Part shown: piece after piece, positions 52,329 through 62,451 of the stretch
How positions within the stretch are numbered: the first letter of the stretch is position 1
Layout of the letters: the number at the start of each line of letters is the position of its first letter
Assembly (NCBI GenBank): GCA_963776245.1
Contig: CAVZLN010000009.1
Coordinates: forward strand, 128,001 to 192,000
Reading direction: 5' to 3'
Length of the DNA stretch: 64,000 nucleotides
DNA from: Candidatus Eiseniibacteriota bacterium
GTDB taxonomy: Bacteria > Eisenbacteria > RBG-16-71-46
Made by a program: the position numbers and the translations under genes
The notes under the pieces: model-generated
What the model was told of the DNA's origin: nothing
Databases searched by the model: none
Seen by the model: the letters and a program-made list of their open reading frames with translations, nothing else

Positions 52329-55307
52329 ATGAACGGCAGCGGACGCCCATCCCCGTCCCCCGACCTCGGAAGCCTGCCGGGCTTCCACGGCCTGATGCCC
52401 TGGCGCGTGCACGACATCCTGCTGGTGTCGAGCCTCTACGACGCGTTCACGCTGCAGGAGGACGGGCGGCTGAACGAGCTGGTGATGTCGGAGTTCCTCG
52501 ACCTCAACCTGCACCACACGCCCGGGATCACCCACGTCTCGAGCGGCGCCGAGGCGCTCGCCCTGGCGAGGTCCCAGCGGCGGTTCAACCTCATCATCAC
52601 CACCCCCAACCTGGGGGATATGGACGCCGCCGCGCTCGCCCACGAGGTCCAGGCCGCGGGGCTCGACGCGCCGGTCGTGGTGCTCGCCTACGACAGCCGC
52701 GAGCTGAAGGACTTCGTGGCGCGTCATGCCGGTTCCAAGGTGGACCGCGCGTTCCAGTGGCAGGGGGACGCGCGGATCCTGATCGCCATCGTGAAGTACA
52801 TCGAGGACCAGAAGAACGTCGCGCACGACACCGCGGCGACCGGCGTGCGTGTCATCCTGCTGGTCGAGGACAGCATCCGGTACTACTCCTCGTTCCTGCC
52901 GGTGCTCTACAGCGAGCTCATCGACCAGTCCGAGCGCCTCATCGGCGAGGGCGTGAACCTGTCGCACAAGCTGGTGCGCCTGCGCGCGCGGCCCAAGATC
53001 CTGCTGTGCTCGACCTTCGAGGAGGCGTGGACGCGCTTCATCGACTACGGCGCGCACGTGCTGGGGGTGATCGCCGACATCGAGTTCCCGCGCGGCGGCG
53101 CGCTGGCGCCCGACGCGGGATTCGAGCTGGCGCGCATGGTGCGCGAGCAGTCCCCCGACATGCCGCTGCTGCTCCAGTCGAGCCGGCCCGAGAACGAGGC
53201 GCGGGCGCTCGAGGTGGGGGCGTCGTTCCTGCTGAAGGGCAGTCCGACGCTCAATGCCGATCTGCGGCGCTTCATGGTGGAGCAGTTCGCGTTCGGCGAC
53301 TTCGTCTTCCGGCTCCGCGACGGCAGCGAGGCCGGGCGCGCGGTGGACCTGCGCTCGCTCGAGGACAACCTGCGCACCGTGCCGGCCGAGAGCGTCGGCT
53401 ACCACGCCGAGCGCAACCACTTCTCCAACTGGCTGACCGCGCGCACGGAGTTCGGGCTCGCGCGCGCGCTGCGCCCGCGCAAGGTGTCGCACTTCCCGTC
53501 GCTCGAGGACCTGCGCAAGGTGCTGATCGACGCCATCAACGATTACCGCCACGAACAGGGCGAGCTGCTGGTCGGCGACTTCGACCGCGAGGCCTTCGAC
53601 CCGGGGGCGCGGTTCTTCGCTCGCATCGGCAGCGGCTCGCTCGGCGGCAAGGCGCGGGGTCTGGCGTTCGTGCGCCATCTGCTCGGCCTCCACGCCGCGA
53701 ACCGGCGCTTCCCCGGCGTGCGGGTCGGCGTGCCCCCCGCGGTGGTGCTGGCGACCGACGTGTTCGACCGCTTCCTGGCGGAGAACCAGCTGCTCTCGTT
53801 CGCGCTCGACACCACCGACGACGCGCTCATCCTGGCCCGCTTCCTCGCCGCCCGGCTGCCCGACGACCTGATGATGGACCTCTCGGTGCTGCTCGAGGCG
53901 GTGCGCGCGCCGCTCGCGGTGCGCTCCTCGAGCCTGCTCGAGGACTCCCAGTACCAGCCGTTCACCGGGGTGTACGAGACCTTCATGCTGCCCAACAACC
54001 ACCCCGACCTGCGCGAGCGCATGCTCCAGCTGGTGACCGCGATCAAGCGCGTGTACGCCTCGACCTTCTCCCAGCACGCCAAGGCCTACCTGCGGGCCAC
54101 CCCGTTCCGGCTCGAGGAGGAGAAGATGGCGATCGTCATCCAGAAGGTGGTGGGCGCGCCGCACGGGCCGCGCTTCTACCCCGACTTCTCGGGCGTGGCG
54201 CGCTCGCACAACTTCTACCCGACCGCGCCGCTGGCGGCCGAGGATGGCATCGCCGCCGTCGCGCTGGGGCTCGGCCGCACCGTGGTCGAGGGCGAGAAGT
54301 GCCTGGCGTTCTGTCCGCGCCATCCGCACCACCTGGTCCAGTTCTCGTCGGTGCAGGACATGCTGCGGAACTCGCAGCGCCATTTCTGGGCGCTCGAGCT
54401 CGAGCACGGGCACGCCCCGCCCGATCCCGACCGCGCGCTGCGCGAGACGCGCTTCGACCTCGGCCACGCCGAGGCCGATGGCACGCTGGACGCGCTCGCC
54501 TCGACGTACTCGCACGACGACAACGCGGTGCACGACGGCACCGGCCGCGCCGGCGCGCGGCTGGTGTCGTTCGCGCCCATCCTCAAGCACGGCGTGTTCC
54601 CGCTCGCCGGCATCCTCGACCTGCTGCTCGAGATCGGCGCGCGGGGCATGAACAAGCCGGCCGAGATCGAGTTCGCCGTGCGGCTCGCGGCCGCCCCGCC
54701 GGACGAGCACGAGTTCGGCTTCCTGCAGATGCGCCCGCTGGTGATGTCGCACGAGATGGTGGAGCTCGAGCTCGGTGAATTGGACCCCGCGGCGCTGCTG
54801 TGCCGGAGCGTGAAGGTCCTCGGCCACGGCATCGCGGGTGGCCTGCACGACGTGGTGGTGGTGGACTTCCTGCGATTCGACCGGTCGCGCAGCCGCGAGG
54901 CGGCGGCCGCGATCGCGCGCTTCAACGCACGACTGGTCGAGGAGCGTCGTCCCTACCTGCTGGTGGGGGTCGGACGCTGGGGTTCGACCGACCCGTGGCT
55001 CGGCATCCCGGTCACCTGGGACGAGATCTCGGGCGCACGCGTGATCGTCGAGGCCGGGTTCCGCGACTTCCGCGTCACGCCCTCCCAGGGCAGCCACTTC
55101 TTCCAGAACCTGACCTCGTTCCAGGTCGGCTACTTCACCGCGAATCCCGAGCTCGGCGACGGCACCGTGGACTGGGACTGGCTGGCCGCGCAGCCCGCGC
55201 TGGCCGAGTCGGAGCACGTCCGCCACCTGCGTTTCGACCGGCCGCTGGTCGCCAAGATGAACGGCCGCCGCAACGAGGGCGTGGTGTTCAAGCCGGGCGG
55301 CGCGTAG
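52329..55307 (+). CDS. Receiver-domain / PEP-synthase (PPDK N-terminal ATP-grasp) protein
   Basis: Two REC-like domains (ILLVSS.YD; ILLVEDS); NHFSNWL; GSLGGKARGL; PLAVRSSSLLED..FTGVYET; EEEKMAIVIQ; LQMRP; PSQGSHFFQN. Confidence 0.85.
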   Translation: MNGSGRPSPSPDLGSLPGFHGLMPWRVHDILLVSSLYDAFTLQEDGRLNELVMSEFLDLNLHHTPGITHVSSGAEALALARSQRRFNLIITTPNLGDMDAAALAHEVQAAGLDAPVVVLAYDSRELKDFVARHAGSKVDRAFQWQGDARILIAIVKYIEDQKNVAHDTAATGVRVILLVEDSIRYYSSFLPVLYSELIDQSERLIGEGVNLSHKLVRLRARPKILLCSTFEEAWTRFIDYGAHVLGVIADIEFPRGGALAPDAGFELARMVREQSPDMPLLLQSSRPENEARALEVGASFLLKGSPTLNADLRRFMVEQFAFGDFVFRLRDGSEAGRAVDLRSLEDNLRTVPAESVGYHAERNHFSNWLTARTEFGLARALRPRKVSHFPSLEDLRKVLIDAINDYRHEQGELLVGDFDREAFDPGARFFARIGSGSLGGKARGLAFVRHLLGLHAANRRFPGVRVGVPPAVVLATDVFDRFLAENQLLSFALDTTDDALILARFLAARLPDDLMMDLSVLLEAVRAPLAVRSSSLLEDSQYQPFTGVYETFMLPNNHPDLRERMLQLVTAIKRVYASTFSQHAKAYLRATPFRLEEEKMAIVIQKVVGAPHGPRFYPDFSGVARSHNFYPTAPLAAEDGIAAVALGLGRTVVEGEKCLAFCPRHPHHLVQFSSVQDMLRNSQRHFWALELEHGHAPPDPDRALRETRFDLGHAEADGTLDALASTYSHDDNAVHDGTGRAGARLVSFAPILKHGVFPLAGILDLLLEIGARGMNKPAEIEFAVRLAAAPPDEHEFGFLQMRPLVMSHEMVELELGELDPAALLCRSVKVLGHGIAGGLHDVVVVDFLRFDRSRSREAAAAIARFNARLVEERRPYLLVGVGRWGSTDPWLGIPVTWDEISGARVIVEAGFRDFRVTPSQGSHFFQNLTSFQVGYFTANPELGDGTVDWDWLAAQPALAESEHVRHLRFDRPLVAKMNGRRNEGVVFKPGGA

Positions 55308-55368
55308 GCGACGCCCGGCACTCCCCGGGCGGCGCGTAGGCGACGCCCGGCACTCCCCGGGCGGCGCG
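55293..55368. repeat. Perfect 32-bp tandem repeat (about 2.4 copies), each unit a hairpin
   Basis: ccgggcggcgcgtaggcgacgcccggcactcc twice plus 12 nt; the first copy contains the upstream gene's TAG stop. Confidence 0.9.
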
Positions 55369-55423
55369 CGGGCGGGCTCGGGCGCGCCGGGAGGGCGGTT
55401 CTCCCGCGTTCATCCACGCGCCG

Positions 55424-55452
55424 TGGACGGGCCGCGGCGCACCCTCTATATT
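55424..55452 (+). promoter_or_regulatory. Putative sigma-70 promoter of the RND operon (near-leaderless)
   Basis: TGGACG-N17-TATATT ending 9 nt before ATG 55462. Confidence 0.5.
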
Positions 55453-55461
55453 GCTCCGCCT

Positions 55462-56658
55462 ATGCGCTCCCTCACCGCATCACCCCGCCGCGCCGCGTCC
55501 TTCCGGACCCGGCGCTTCTTCGTCCCCGCCGCGCTCCCCGTCCTCGTCCTCGCCACCGTCGCGCTCGGCGCGCCCGGCTGCGCCCCGAAGGGCCGCCCGG
55601 GCGGCGGGTTCGCGATGCCGCCGATGCCGGTCGAGGTGAGCCCGGTCCACTCGCAGGTGGTGCGCGACCAGTTCCGCGCGCTCGGCTCGATCGGCTCGGA
55701 CGCCACCATCGAGGTGGTGGCCGAGATCGCCGCCAAGGTCACCGCGCTGCCCTTCGAGGAGGGCCGGCCGATCGCCGCGAACGGTCTCATCGCGCGCCTC
55801 GACGACCGCGAATTGCAGGCCGAGTACGCCCGCGCCGCCGCGGAGCGCGAGCAGGCGTTCTCCGACCTCGAGCGCGCGCAGAAGCTGTACGCGGAGTCCG
55901 CCATCGCCCAGAAGTCGCTCGACGACGCGCGCACCGCGGCGAGCGTGGCCGACGCTGGATACCTGCTCGCCCGCGCGCGCTTCGAGAAGGCCACCCTGCG
56001 GGCGCCGTTCGCCGGACTGGCGGGGCGCAAGCGCGTCTCGACCGGCGCCTACGTGCGCTCGGGCGACGTCATCACCGACCTGACGCGGGTGGACGAGATG
56101 AAGGTCACGTTCGCCGCGCCCGAGCGCTACGCCGGCACGCTCAAGGCCGGGGTGCCGGTCGAGGTGTCGGTGCCCGCGTTCCCCGGCTTCGGATTCGCGG
56201 GACGCGTGACGGCGGTGGATCCGGTCATCAATCCCCAGACGCGCACCATGCAGGTGCTGGCGCGGCTCCCCAATCGCGGCGGGCGGCTGCGGCCGGGCAT
56301 GTCGGCCGACGTCGCGGTGACGTTCTCCCAGCGCACCCGGGCGCTGGTGGTCCCGGACGAAGCGGTGTTCGCCGAGGGTTCCCAGTCATTCGTGTACCGC
56401 GTCAAGGCGGACAGCACGGTCGAGAAGACCGCGGTCACGCTCGGCACCCGGGACTCGATGCACGTCGAGGTGACGGACGGGCTCTCCGCCGGTGAGACCG
56501 TGGTGCGCGCCGGACATCAGAAGCTCTTCCCCGGCGCCCGGGTGATGCCCATCCCCGAGGGCGGCATTCCGGCGGGCGGGCCCGGCGCGGGCGGCCCGAA
56601 GGGCGGCGACGCGAAGGGCGCGGGCCAGGCCCGCGCGACGGGAGCGCGCACGAAGTGA
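55462..56658 (+). CDS. RND efflux membrane fusion protein
   Basis: Signal/lipobox-like APGC; lipoyl-hairpin region LRAPFAG; LRPGMSA; VVPDEAV. Confidence 0.92.
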   Translation: MRSLTASPRRAASFRTRRFFVPAALPVLVLATVALGAPGCAPKGRPGGGFAMPPMPVEVSPVHSQVVRDQFRALGSIGSDATIEVVAEIAAKVTALPFEEGRPIAANGLIARLDDRELQAEYARAAAEREQAFSDLERAQKLYAESAIAQKSLDDARTAASVADAGYLLARARFEKATLRAPFAGLAGRKRVSTGAYVRSGDVITDLTRVDEMKVTFAAPERYAGTLKAGVPVEVSVPAFPGFGFAGRVTAVDPVINPQTRTMQVLARLPNRGGRLRPGMSADVAVTFSQRTRALVVPDEAVFAEGSQSFVYRVKADSTVEKTAVTLGTRDSMHVEVTDGLSAGETVVRAGHQKLFPGARVMPIPEGGIPAGGPGAGGPKGGDAKGAGQARATGARTK

Positions 56659-59600
56659 AGCTCAGCGCCACCAGCATCCAGCGTCCCGTCCTCGCGACGG
56701 TGATGAGTCTCACCATCGTGCTGTTCGGGCTCATCTCGTTCACCTTCCTGCCGGTGCGCGAGTACCCGGACATCGACTCGCCGGTGGTCTCGGTCACCAC
56801 CTTCTATCGCGGCGCCAACCCGCAGGTGGTCGAGACCGAGATCACCGACGTGCTCGAGGAGCAGCTCTCCACCATCGAGGGCGTGAAGCTCATCACCTCG
56901 TCTTCGCAGGAGCAGGTCTCGCGCGTCACCATCGAGTTCAATCTGAATCGCGACGTGGACAAGGCCGCCAACGACGTCCGCGACCGCGTCTCGCGGGTCC
57001 GCGGCTCGCTCCCGTCCACCGTGGACGAGCCGGTGGTGGCCAAGCAGGACGTCAACGCGCAGCCCATCATGTGGCTGGCGCTGAGCGGGCCCTACTCCGC
57101 GCTCGAGATGTCCGACCTGGCCGAGAACATCCTGGCCGAGAAGCTCCAGCGTCTCGAGGGCGTCGGGGCGGTGTTCATCGGCGGCAGCCGCCGGTACGCG
57201 ATGCGCGTGTGGCTCGACCCGCAGCGGCTGGCATCGCACGACCTCACCGTGAGCGATGTCGAGCGCGCGCTGCGCGCCGAGAACGCCGAGATCCCCTCCG
57301 GGCGCGTGGAGGGCGCGGGGCGCGAGTTCGCGGTGCGCACGCGCGGCGACCTGACGCGCCCCGAGGAGTTCTCGGCCATCGTCGTCTCCCAGGGCGCCGG
57401 CGGCCCGGTGCGGCTCGGGGACGTGGCCCGGGTGGAGCTGGGCGCGGCCGACGAGCGCTCCACGGCGCGCTACAACGGCACGCCGGCGGTGGGACTGGGC
57501 GTGGTGAAGCAGCAGAAGGCGAGCACGGTGGACGTGGCGCACGCGGTGAAGCGCGCCCTGCCCGAGCTGCGCGCGCAGCTGCCCGCGGGGATGAAGCTCG
57601 AGGCGGCGTTCGACTCCTCGACCTTCATCGAGGACGCGATGCGGGACGTGGCCTGGACGCTGCTGGTCGCCGTCCTGCTGGTGTTCCTCGTGGTGTACGT
57701 GTTCCTCGGCTCGCTGCGCGCGACGCTGATCCCCGCCATCGCCATCCCGGTGTCGATCATCGGGACCTTCAGCGTCACCTACTTCCTCGGCTTCAGCTTC
57801 AACATCCTCACCCTGCTCGCACTGGTGCTCGCCATCGGCCTGGTGGTGGACGACGCGATCGTCATGCTCGAGAACGTCTACCGCCATCTCGAGATGGGCA
57901 AGCCGCGCATGCAGGCCGCGTTCGAGGCGGCGTCCGAGATCGGGTTCGCCATCCTCGCCACCACCATCACCCTGGTGGCGGTGTTCGTGCCGGTCGCGTT
58001 CCTCTCGGGCCGCGTCGGCCGGCTGTTCAACGAATTCGGGATCGCGGTCGCGGTGTCGGTGCTGATCTCCGGATTCGTCGCGCTCACGCTCACGCCGATG
58101 CTGTGCTCGCGGATGCTGCGCCGCCACGAGATCGGGCACACCTCCGAGGAGGCCGAGGCGGCGCTCGCGGCGGCCCGGACCGGCGCGCCCCCCGATCCCA
58201 CGCCGGCGCGGGGCGGCGGCTGGCGCGGCGGCTTCGACCGCGGGTTCGACCGGCTGCTGGGCGCCTACGACGCCACGCTGCGCTGGGCGGTGCACCACCG
58301 CGTCGCGGTGGTCGCGAGCGCGCTGGTGGTGACCGCGACCATCGGTCTGTTCTTCCGGCTGCTGCCCTCGGAACTGGTCCCGACCGAGGACCGCGGCCTG
58401 GTGTTCAACATCCTGTTCGCGCCGGAAGGCGCCACGCTCGCGTACACCGACCGCTACATGCTCATGGCCGAGGCGGTCTACCAGGGCCTGCCCGAGGCCG
58501 AGAGCCGGTTCACCGCGATCGGTCTGAGCCAGGGCGGCGGAGGGCGGGTCACCGACGGCTTCATGTTCGTGCGCCTCAAGCCCTACGACCAGCGCAAGCG
58601 CTCCCAGCAGGAGATCGTCAAGGCGATGTTCCCCCGCATGATGGGGATCCCCGGCGTGCTCGCCATCCCGATCAATCCGCCCAGCCTCGGCGGCGGCTTC
58701 GGGCGTCCGGTGCAGTTCGTCCTGCTCGCCGACACCTACGACGAGCTCCAGCGCTCGGTGACCCTGATGATGGGCGAGCTCCAGAAGCTCGGCTACCTGA
58801 TCAACATCGACTCCGATCTCAAGCTCAACAAGCCGCAGCTCGAGGTCACCATCGACCGCGACCGGGCCGCCGCGCTCGGCGTGTCGGTGACCGACATCGG
58901 CGGCACGCTCCAGACCCTGCTCGGGGGCCGCGAGGCGACGCGCTTCAAGCTCGGCAGCCGGCAGTACGACGTGCTGCTCCAGATGCCCTCGCGCGACCGC
59001 TCGGACCCGGGGATCATCGACGGCCTGTACGTGCGCGGCCGCGACGGCCTGGTGCAGATGTCGAGCCTGGTGCGGGTGGAGGAGAAGGTGTCCCCGCGCG
59101 AGCTCAATCACTTCAACCGCGTGCGCTCGGCCACGCTCCAGGCCAACCTGGTCCCCGGCGTGACCATCGGCACCGCGCTCGCGGGCGTGCGCGGCGCGGC
59201 CCGGCGCGCGCTGCCGCCGGGCGTGCGCACCGACCTCGCCGGCGAGTCGCGTGAGTTCGCCGAGTCGAGCGGCGGGCTCTACTTCCTGTTCGTGATCGCG
59301 CTGCTGTTCATCTACCTGGTGCTCGCCGCCCAGTTCGAGAGCTTCGCCCACCCGCTCACCATCCTGCTCTCGGTGCCGCTGGCGGTGTTCGGGGCGCTGG
59401 TCACGCTGTTCGTGTTCCGCATGTCGCTCAACGTGTACTCGCAGATCGGGCTCATCATGCTGATCGGCCTGGTGACGAAGAACGCCATCCTGATCGTCGA
59501 GTACGCCAATCAGCGCCGCGCCCGCGGGATCGAGACCATCGAGGCGGTGATCGGCGCCGCGAAGATCCGCCTGCGCCCGATCCTCATGACCACGCTCACC

Positions 59601-59810
59601 ACGGTGTTCGGCGTGCTGCCCATCGCGCTCGGGCTGGGCGCCGGCGCCGAGAGCCGCAAACCGCTCGGGATGGCGGTGGTGGGCGGCATGCTCTTCTCCA
59701 CCTTCCTGACCCTGGTGCTGGTCCCGGTGGTGTACACGCTGCTCGCGCGCTTCACGCCGGTGAAGCACGTCGTGCATGACCCCGTCGAGGGCGCTGCCGT
59801 CCCGTCCTGA
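56655..59810 (+). CDS. RND efflux permease (AcrB family)
   Basis: SIQRPV; LPVREYPD; AIGLVVDDAIVMLEN; GLVTKNAILIVE; RLRPILMT. Confidence 0.95.
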   Translation: MKLSATSIQRPVLATVMSLTIVLFGLISFTFLPVREYPDIDSPVVSVTTFYRGANPQVVETEITDVLEEQLSTIEGVKLITSSSQEQVSRVTIEFNLNRDVDKAANDVRDRVSRVRGSLPSTVDEPVVAKQDVNAQPIMWLALSGPYSALEMSDLAENILAEKLQRLEGVGAVFIGGSRRYAMRVWLDPQRLASHDLTVSDVERALRAENAEIPSGRVEGAGREFAVRTRGDLTRPEEFSAIVVSQGAGGPVRLGDVARVELGAADERSTARYNGTPAVGLGVVKQQKASTVDVAHAVKRALPELRAQLPAGMKLEAAFDSSTFIEDAMRDVAWTLLVAVLLVFLVVYVFLGSLRATLIPAIAIPVSIIGTFSVTYFLGFSFNILTLLALVLAIGLVVDDAIVMLENVYRHLEMGKPRMQAAFEAASEIGFAILATTITLVAVFVPVAFLSGRVGRLFNEFGIAVAVSVLISGFVALTLTPMLCSRMLRRHEIGHTSEEAEAALAAARTGAPPDPTPARGGGWRGGFDRGFDRLLGAYDATLRWAVHHRVAVVASALVVTATIGLFFRLLPSELVPTEDRGLVFNILFAPEGATLAYTDRYMLMAEAVYQGLPEAESRFTAIGLSQGGGGRVTDGFMFVRLKPYDQRKRSQQEIVKAMFPRMMGIPGVLAIPINPPSLGGGFGRPVQFVLLADTYDELQRSVTLMMGELQKLGYLINIDSDLKLNKPQLEVTIDRDRAAALGVSVTDIGGTLQTLLGGREATRFKLGSRQYDVLLQMPSRDRSDPGIIDGLYVRGRDGLVQMSSLVRVEEKVSPRELNHFNRVRSATLQANLVPGVTIGTALAGVRGAARRALPPGVRTDLAGESREFAESSGGLYFLFVIALLFIYLVLAAQFESFAHPLTILLSVPLAVFGALVTLFVFRMSLNVYSQIGLIMLIGLVTKNAILIVEYANQRRARGIETIEAVIGAAKIRLRPILMTTLTTVFGVLPIALGLGAGAESRKPLGMAVVGGMLFSTFLTLVLVPVVYTLLARFTPVKHVVHDPVEGAAVPS

Positions 59811-59865
59811 TCGGGAGCGGTCGGACGCGATCCGGCACGCCCCCCGCGGCCGGGCGCCGCGCGCA

Positions 59866-60516
59866 TCAGGGGTGTTCCGGAGCCGCCTCGCGCTTGAGCC
59901 GTCGGCCGATCAGATCCACCACCAGATAGAGGACGAACAGCACGGCCGCGGCGGCGACGAACCAGAGCAGCTTCTGCTTGAGCACGTGCGTCAGCGCCGC
60001 GGGGTCCTGCAGCAGGCGCGGCTCCTCGCCGAGCACCCGGGCGCCGAACCACGCCAGCACGGTGCTCCACACCAGCGAGCCGAGCAGCGTCATGGTGGTG
60101 AACACGCCGAACGGCATGCGCGCCGCCCCCGCGGGCAGCGATACCAGGTGGCGCACCACCGGCAGCAGGCGCGCAAAGAAGATCCCCGCCGCCGAGTAGT
60201 GGTTGATCCAGTTCTCGGCCAGCAGCCATTTCTTCTCCGGCACGAACACGTACCGGCCGTACTTCAGGATCAGCGGGCGCCCGAGCGCGCGGGCGACCCC
60301 GTACGAGATCGCCGAGCCCAGCCACGAGCCGAGGGTCGCGGCCGCGACCACGCCCCAGAAGTGCATCCGCCCCTGGGTCGCCCAGTACGCCGCGGGCGGC
60401 ACGACCAGCTCGCTCGGCAGCGGGAACACCGTGGACTCGATGGCCATCAGCAGGGCCACGCCGGCGTAGCCCCAGTCATGCACCAGCCGGAACCAGACGC
60501 CCACCAGGTCGTGCAC
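59866..60516 (-). CDS. DedA family membrane protein
   Basis: MAIESTVFPLPSELV; FFARLLPVVRHLVSLPAG. Confidence 0.92.
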   Translation of the reverse strand: MHDLVGVWFRLVHDWGYAGVALLMAIESTVFPLPSELVVPPAAYWATQGRMHFWGVVAAATLGSWLGSAISYGVARALGRPLILKYGRYVFVPEKKWLLAENWINHYSAAGIFFARLLPVVRHLVSLPAGAARMPFGVFTTMTLLGSLVWSTVLAWFGARVLGEEPRLLQDPAALTHVLKQKLLWFVAAAAVLFVLYLVVDLIGRRLKREAAPEHP

Positions 60517-60519
60517 GCG

Positions 60520-61419
60520 CTACTCCCCCTTCCGCGCCGCCGCGGCGGCGTGCCCCGCGACCGGGCTGGCCGAGGGGATGGTCTCGGCCCACGCGAAATC
60601 GTCCCCGTCGGCCACCGGCCGGGCGGACGCGATCGCCGGGTCGTGCTCGAGCATCACCCACGCACCCTCCGCCGCGGCGCGCGCGAGCATGGCGCGCTTC
60701 TCGCCCATGATCTCGAGCGCCGCCACGTCGTAGCCCATCACGAACGGCACGCGCACGTGGGAGGCGGTCGGGATCAGGTCGGCGACGAAGTAGAGCGCGC
60801 CCTCGGGGCCCGAGACGCGCACCCCCTGCTGGCCGCGCGTGTGGCCATCGAAAGTGAACACCTCGAGCCCCGGCCACGGCGTGTGCGCGCCCTCCCACAG
60901 CGTCAGCACGCCCGCCTCCATCAGGGGGTCGAAGTTCTCGGGCAGGTAGGAGGCCCGCTCGCGCGGATTCGGAGCGTGGGCGTTCTCCCAGTTGCGGCGC
61001 TGGACGTGGTAGCGGGCGCGCGGCAGCCGGGGGCTCAGGCGCCCGTCATCGCGGCGCGTCGAGCCGCCGGCGTGGTCGAAGTGCAGGTGGGTGAGCACCA
61101 CGTCGGTCACGTCGTCCACCCCCAGGCCGAGCGCACCGAGCGCGTCCTCGAGCGTGGGCACACCGCTCTCGATCCCGTAGATGTCCGCCAGTTTGGGCGC
61201 GAACTTCGTCCCGATGCCGTCGTCCACCAGGATGCGGCGCCCCTCGCCGGTGAGGAGCAGGCAGCGCATCGCGAGCCGGATGCGGTTGCGGTCGTCGGCC
61301 GGGTTGGTGCGATTCCAGAGGGTCTTCGGCACCGAGCCGAACATGGCGCCGCCATCGAGCCACAGGTAGCCGGTCTCGAGCGCGTGCACCGTCCAGGGTC
61401 CCAGAGTGCGTGCGAGCAT
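60520..61419 (-). CDS. Metallo-beta-lactamase fold hydrolase (YtnP-like)
   Basis: LDGGAMFGSVPK.LW; THLHFDHAGG; GHTRG; MGYD; EHDP. Confidence 0.9.
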   Translation of the reverse strand: MLARTLGPWTVHALETGYLWLDGGAMFGSVPKTLWNRTNPADDRNRIRLAMRCLLLTGEGRRILVDDGIGTKFAPKLADIYGIESGVPTLEDALGALGLGVDDVTDVVLTHLHFDHAGGSTRRDDGRLSPRLPRARYHVQRRNWENAHAPNPRERASYLPENFDPLMEAGVLTLWEGAHTPWPGLEVFTFDGHTRGQQGVRVSGPEGALYFVADLIPTASHVRVPFVMGYDVAALEIMGEKRAMLARAAAEGAWVMLEHDPAIASARPVADGDDFAWAETIPSASPVAGHAAAAARKGE

Positions 61420-61547
61420 GGCCGGCAGGATGCGCGAGGAGCGTCGGCGCGGTCAAACCCTCCCGGGCCCGTGGAGCGAACGCTTCGGGCGCGCCCGTTG
61501 GTGCCAGGCGCGCCCGTCACGTGGGCGGGGCTCCGGGGGGGAGGTTC

Positions 61548-62327
61548 CTACTTGCGGTACCGCGCTTTGAGCTGGCCGAAGGTGAGCGGACTGGCCGGAG
61601 TGGCACCGAACGCCGTCACTTCGAAGACCAGATCGTTGAAGTCGTTGTCGGTGCCCGAGCAGCAGGCGGTCGGATTGGGTCCGCTGTCGAGATCCTCGAA
61701 GCAGACCAGCCACGTCTGCAACCCGCCTCCAGCCTTGACGGTCGAGAGGTTGGTGATGTCGAACACCAGCGCCTGCACGTCCCCGTCGAACGGCTCGTGG
61801 AGGGCGCCCGAGCCGTCCGGCCCGCGGTCATTGAACAAGCGGTTGGTGAAGAACACCTCGGGCTGAGGGGCGTTGGGGGCATCTCCCGCGCCGTTGGGGT
61901 CGAGGTAGAAGCCGAACTTGGTCATCGGGCGGTCGAAGGTGACGAACGACGTCGAGCCGGGGCCGTCGAGACCATCGAACACGACGCCGTCGCCGACGCC
62001 GTCGATGACCGGCTTGGGGCCGCCCTCGAGATACCAGCCGACCACGTTGTAGTCCCGGTTGCCCGCGATCTCCTGGATCAGCAGCGTGGTGAAGTGGGAG
62101 TCCACCCAGAACCACGGGTCGATGTCCCCCGGATGCGCGCCGATGTAGTCGGTCGCCACGTTCAGGGCACCCGGGCCGTAGCGCGCGTCGAGGATGTGCT
62201 GCAGCGACTGACTGGGGCCATCCCACGACGAGCCGAACACCACCGATACGATGGCATGGGCAGGGCTGGCGATCGTCAGCAGCCCGGCGATGGATGAAGT
62301 CAGACACAGCTGCGCCCACACCTTCAT
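61548..62327 (-). CDS. Secreted DUF4114-like protein with C-terminal TFGQLKARYRK tail
   Basis: Signal peptide ending AHA; FGFYL; FEDL..DNDFNDLVFEV (DUF4114-like); AGGAG RBS. Confidence 0.8.
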   Translation of the reverse strand: MKVWAQLCLTSSIAGLLTIASPAHAIVSVVFGSSWDGPSQSLQHILDARYGPGALNVATDYIGAHPGDIDPWFWVDSHFTTLLIQEIAGNRDYNVVGWYLEGGPKPVIDGVGDGVVFDGLDGPGSTSFVTFDRPMTKFGFYLDPNGAGDAPNAPQPEVFFTNRLFNDRGPDGSGALHEPFDGDVQALVFDITNLSTVKAGGGLQTWLVCFEDLDSGPNPTACCSGTDNDFNDLVFEVTAFGATPASPLTFGQLKARYRK

Positions 62328-62451
62328 CAGGACAGTCTCCTAGAGTCGATGTACGGGGGGTGGATCCATCCACCGGTTGACCGGCGGTCTCCCCGCGCCA
62401 GCAAGGGGGGGTACATCAAAGGGCAGGCGCGGGTCTCTTTTTCGCGTAAGG

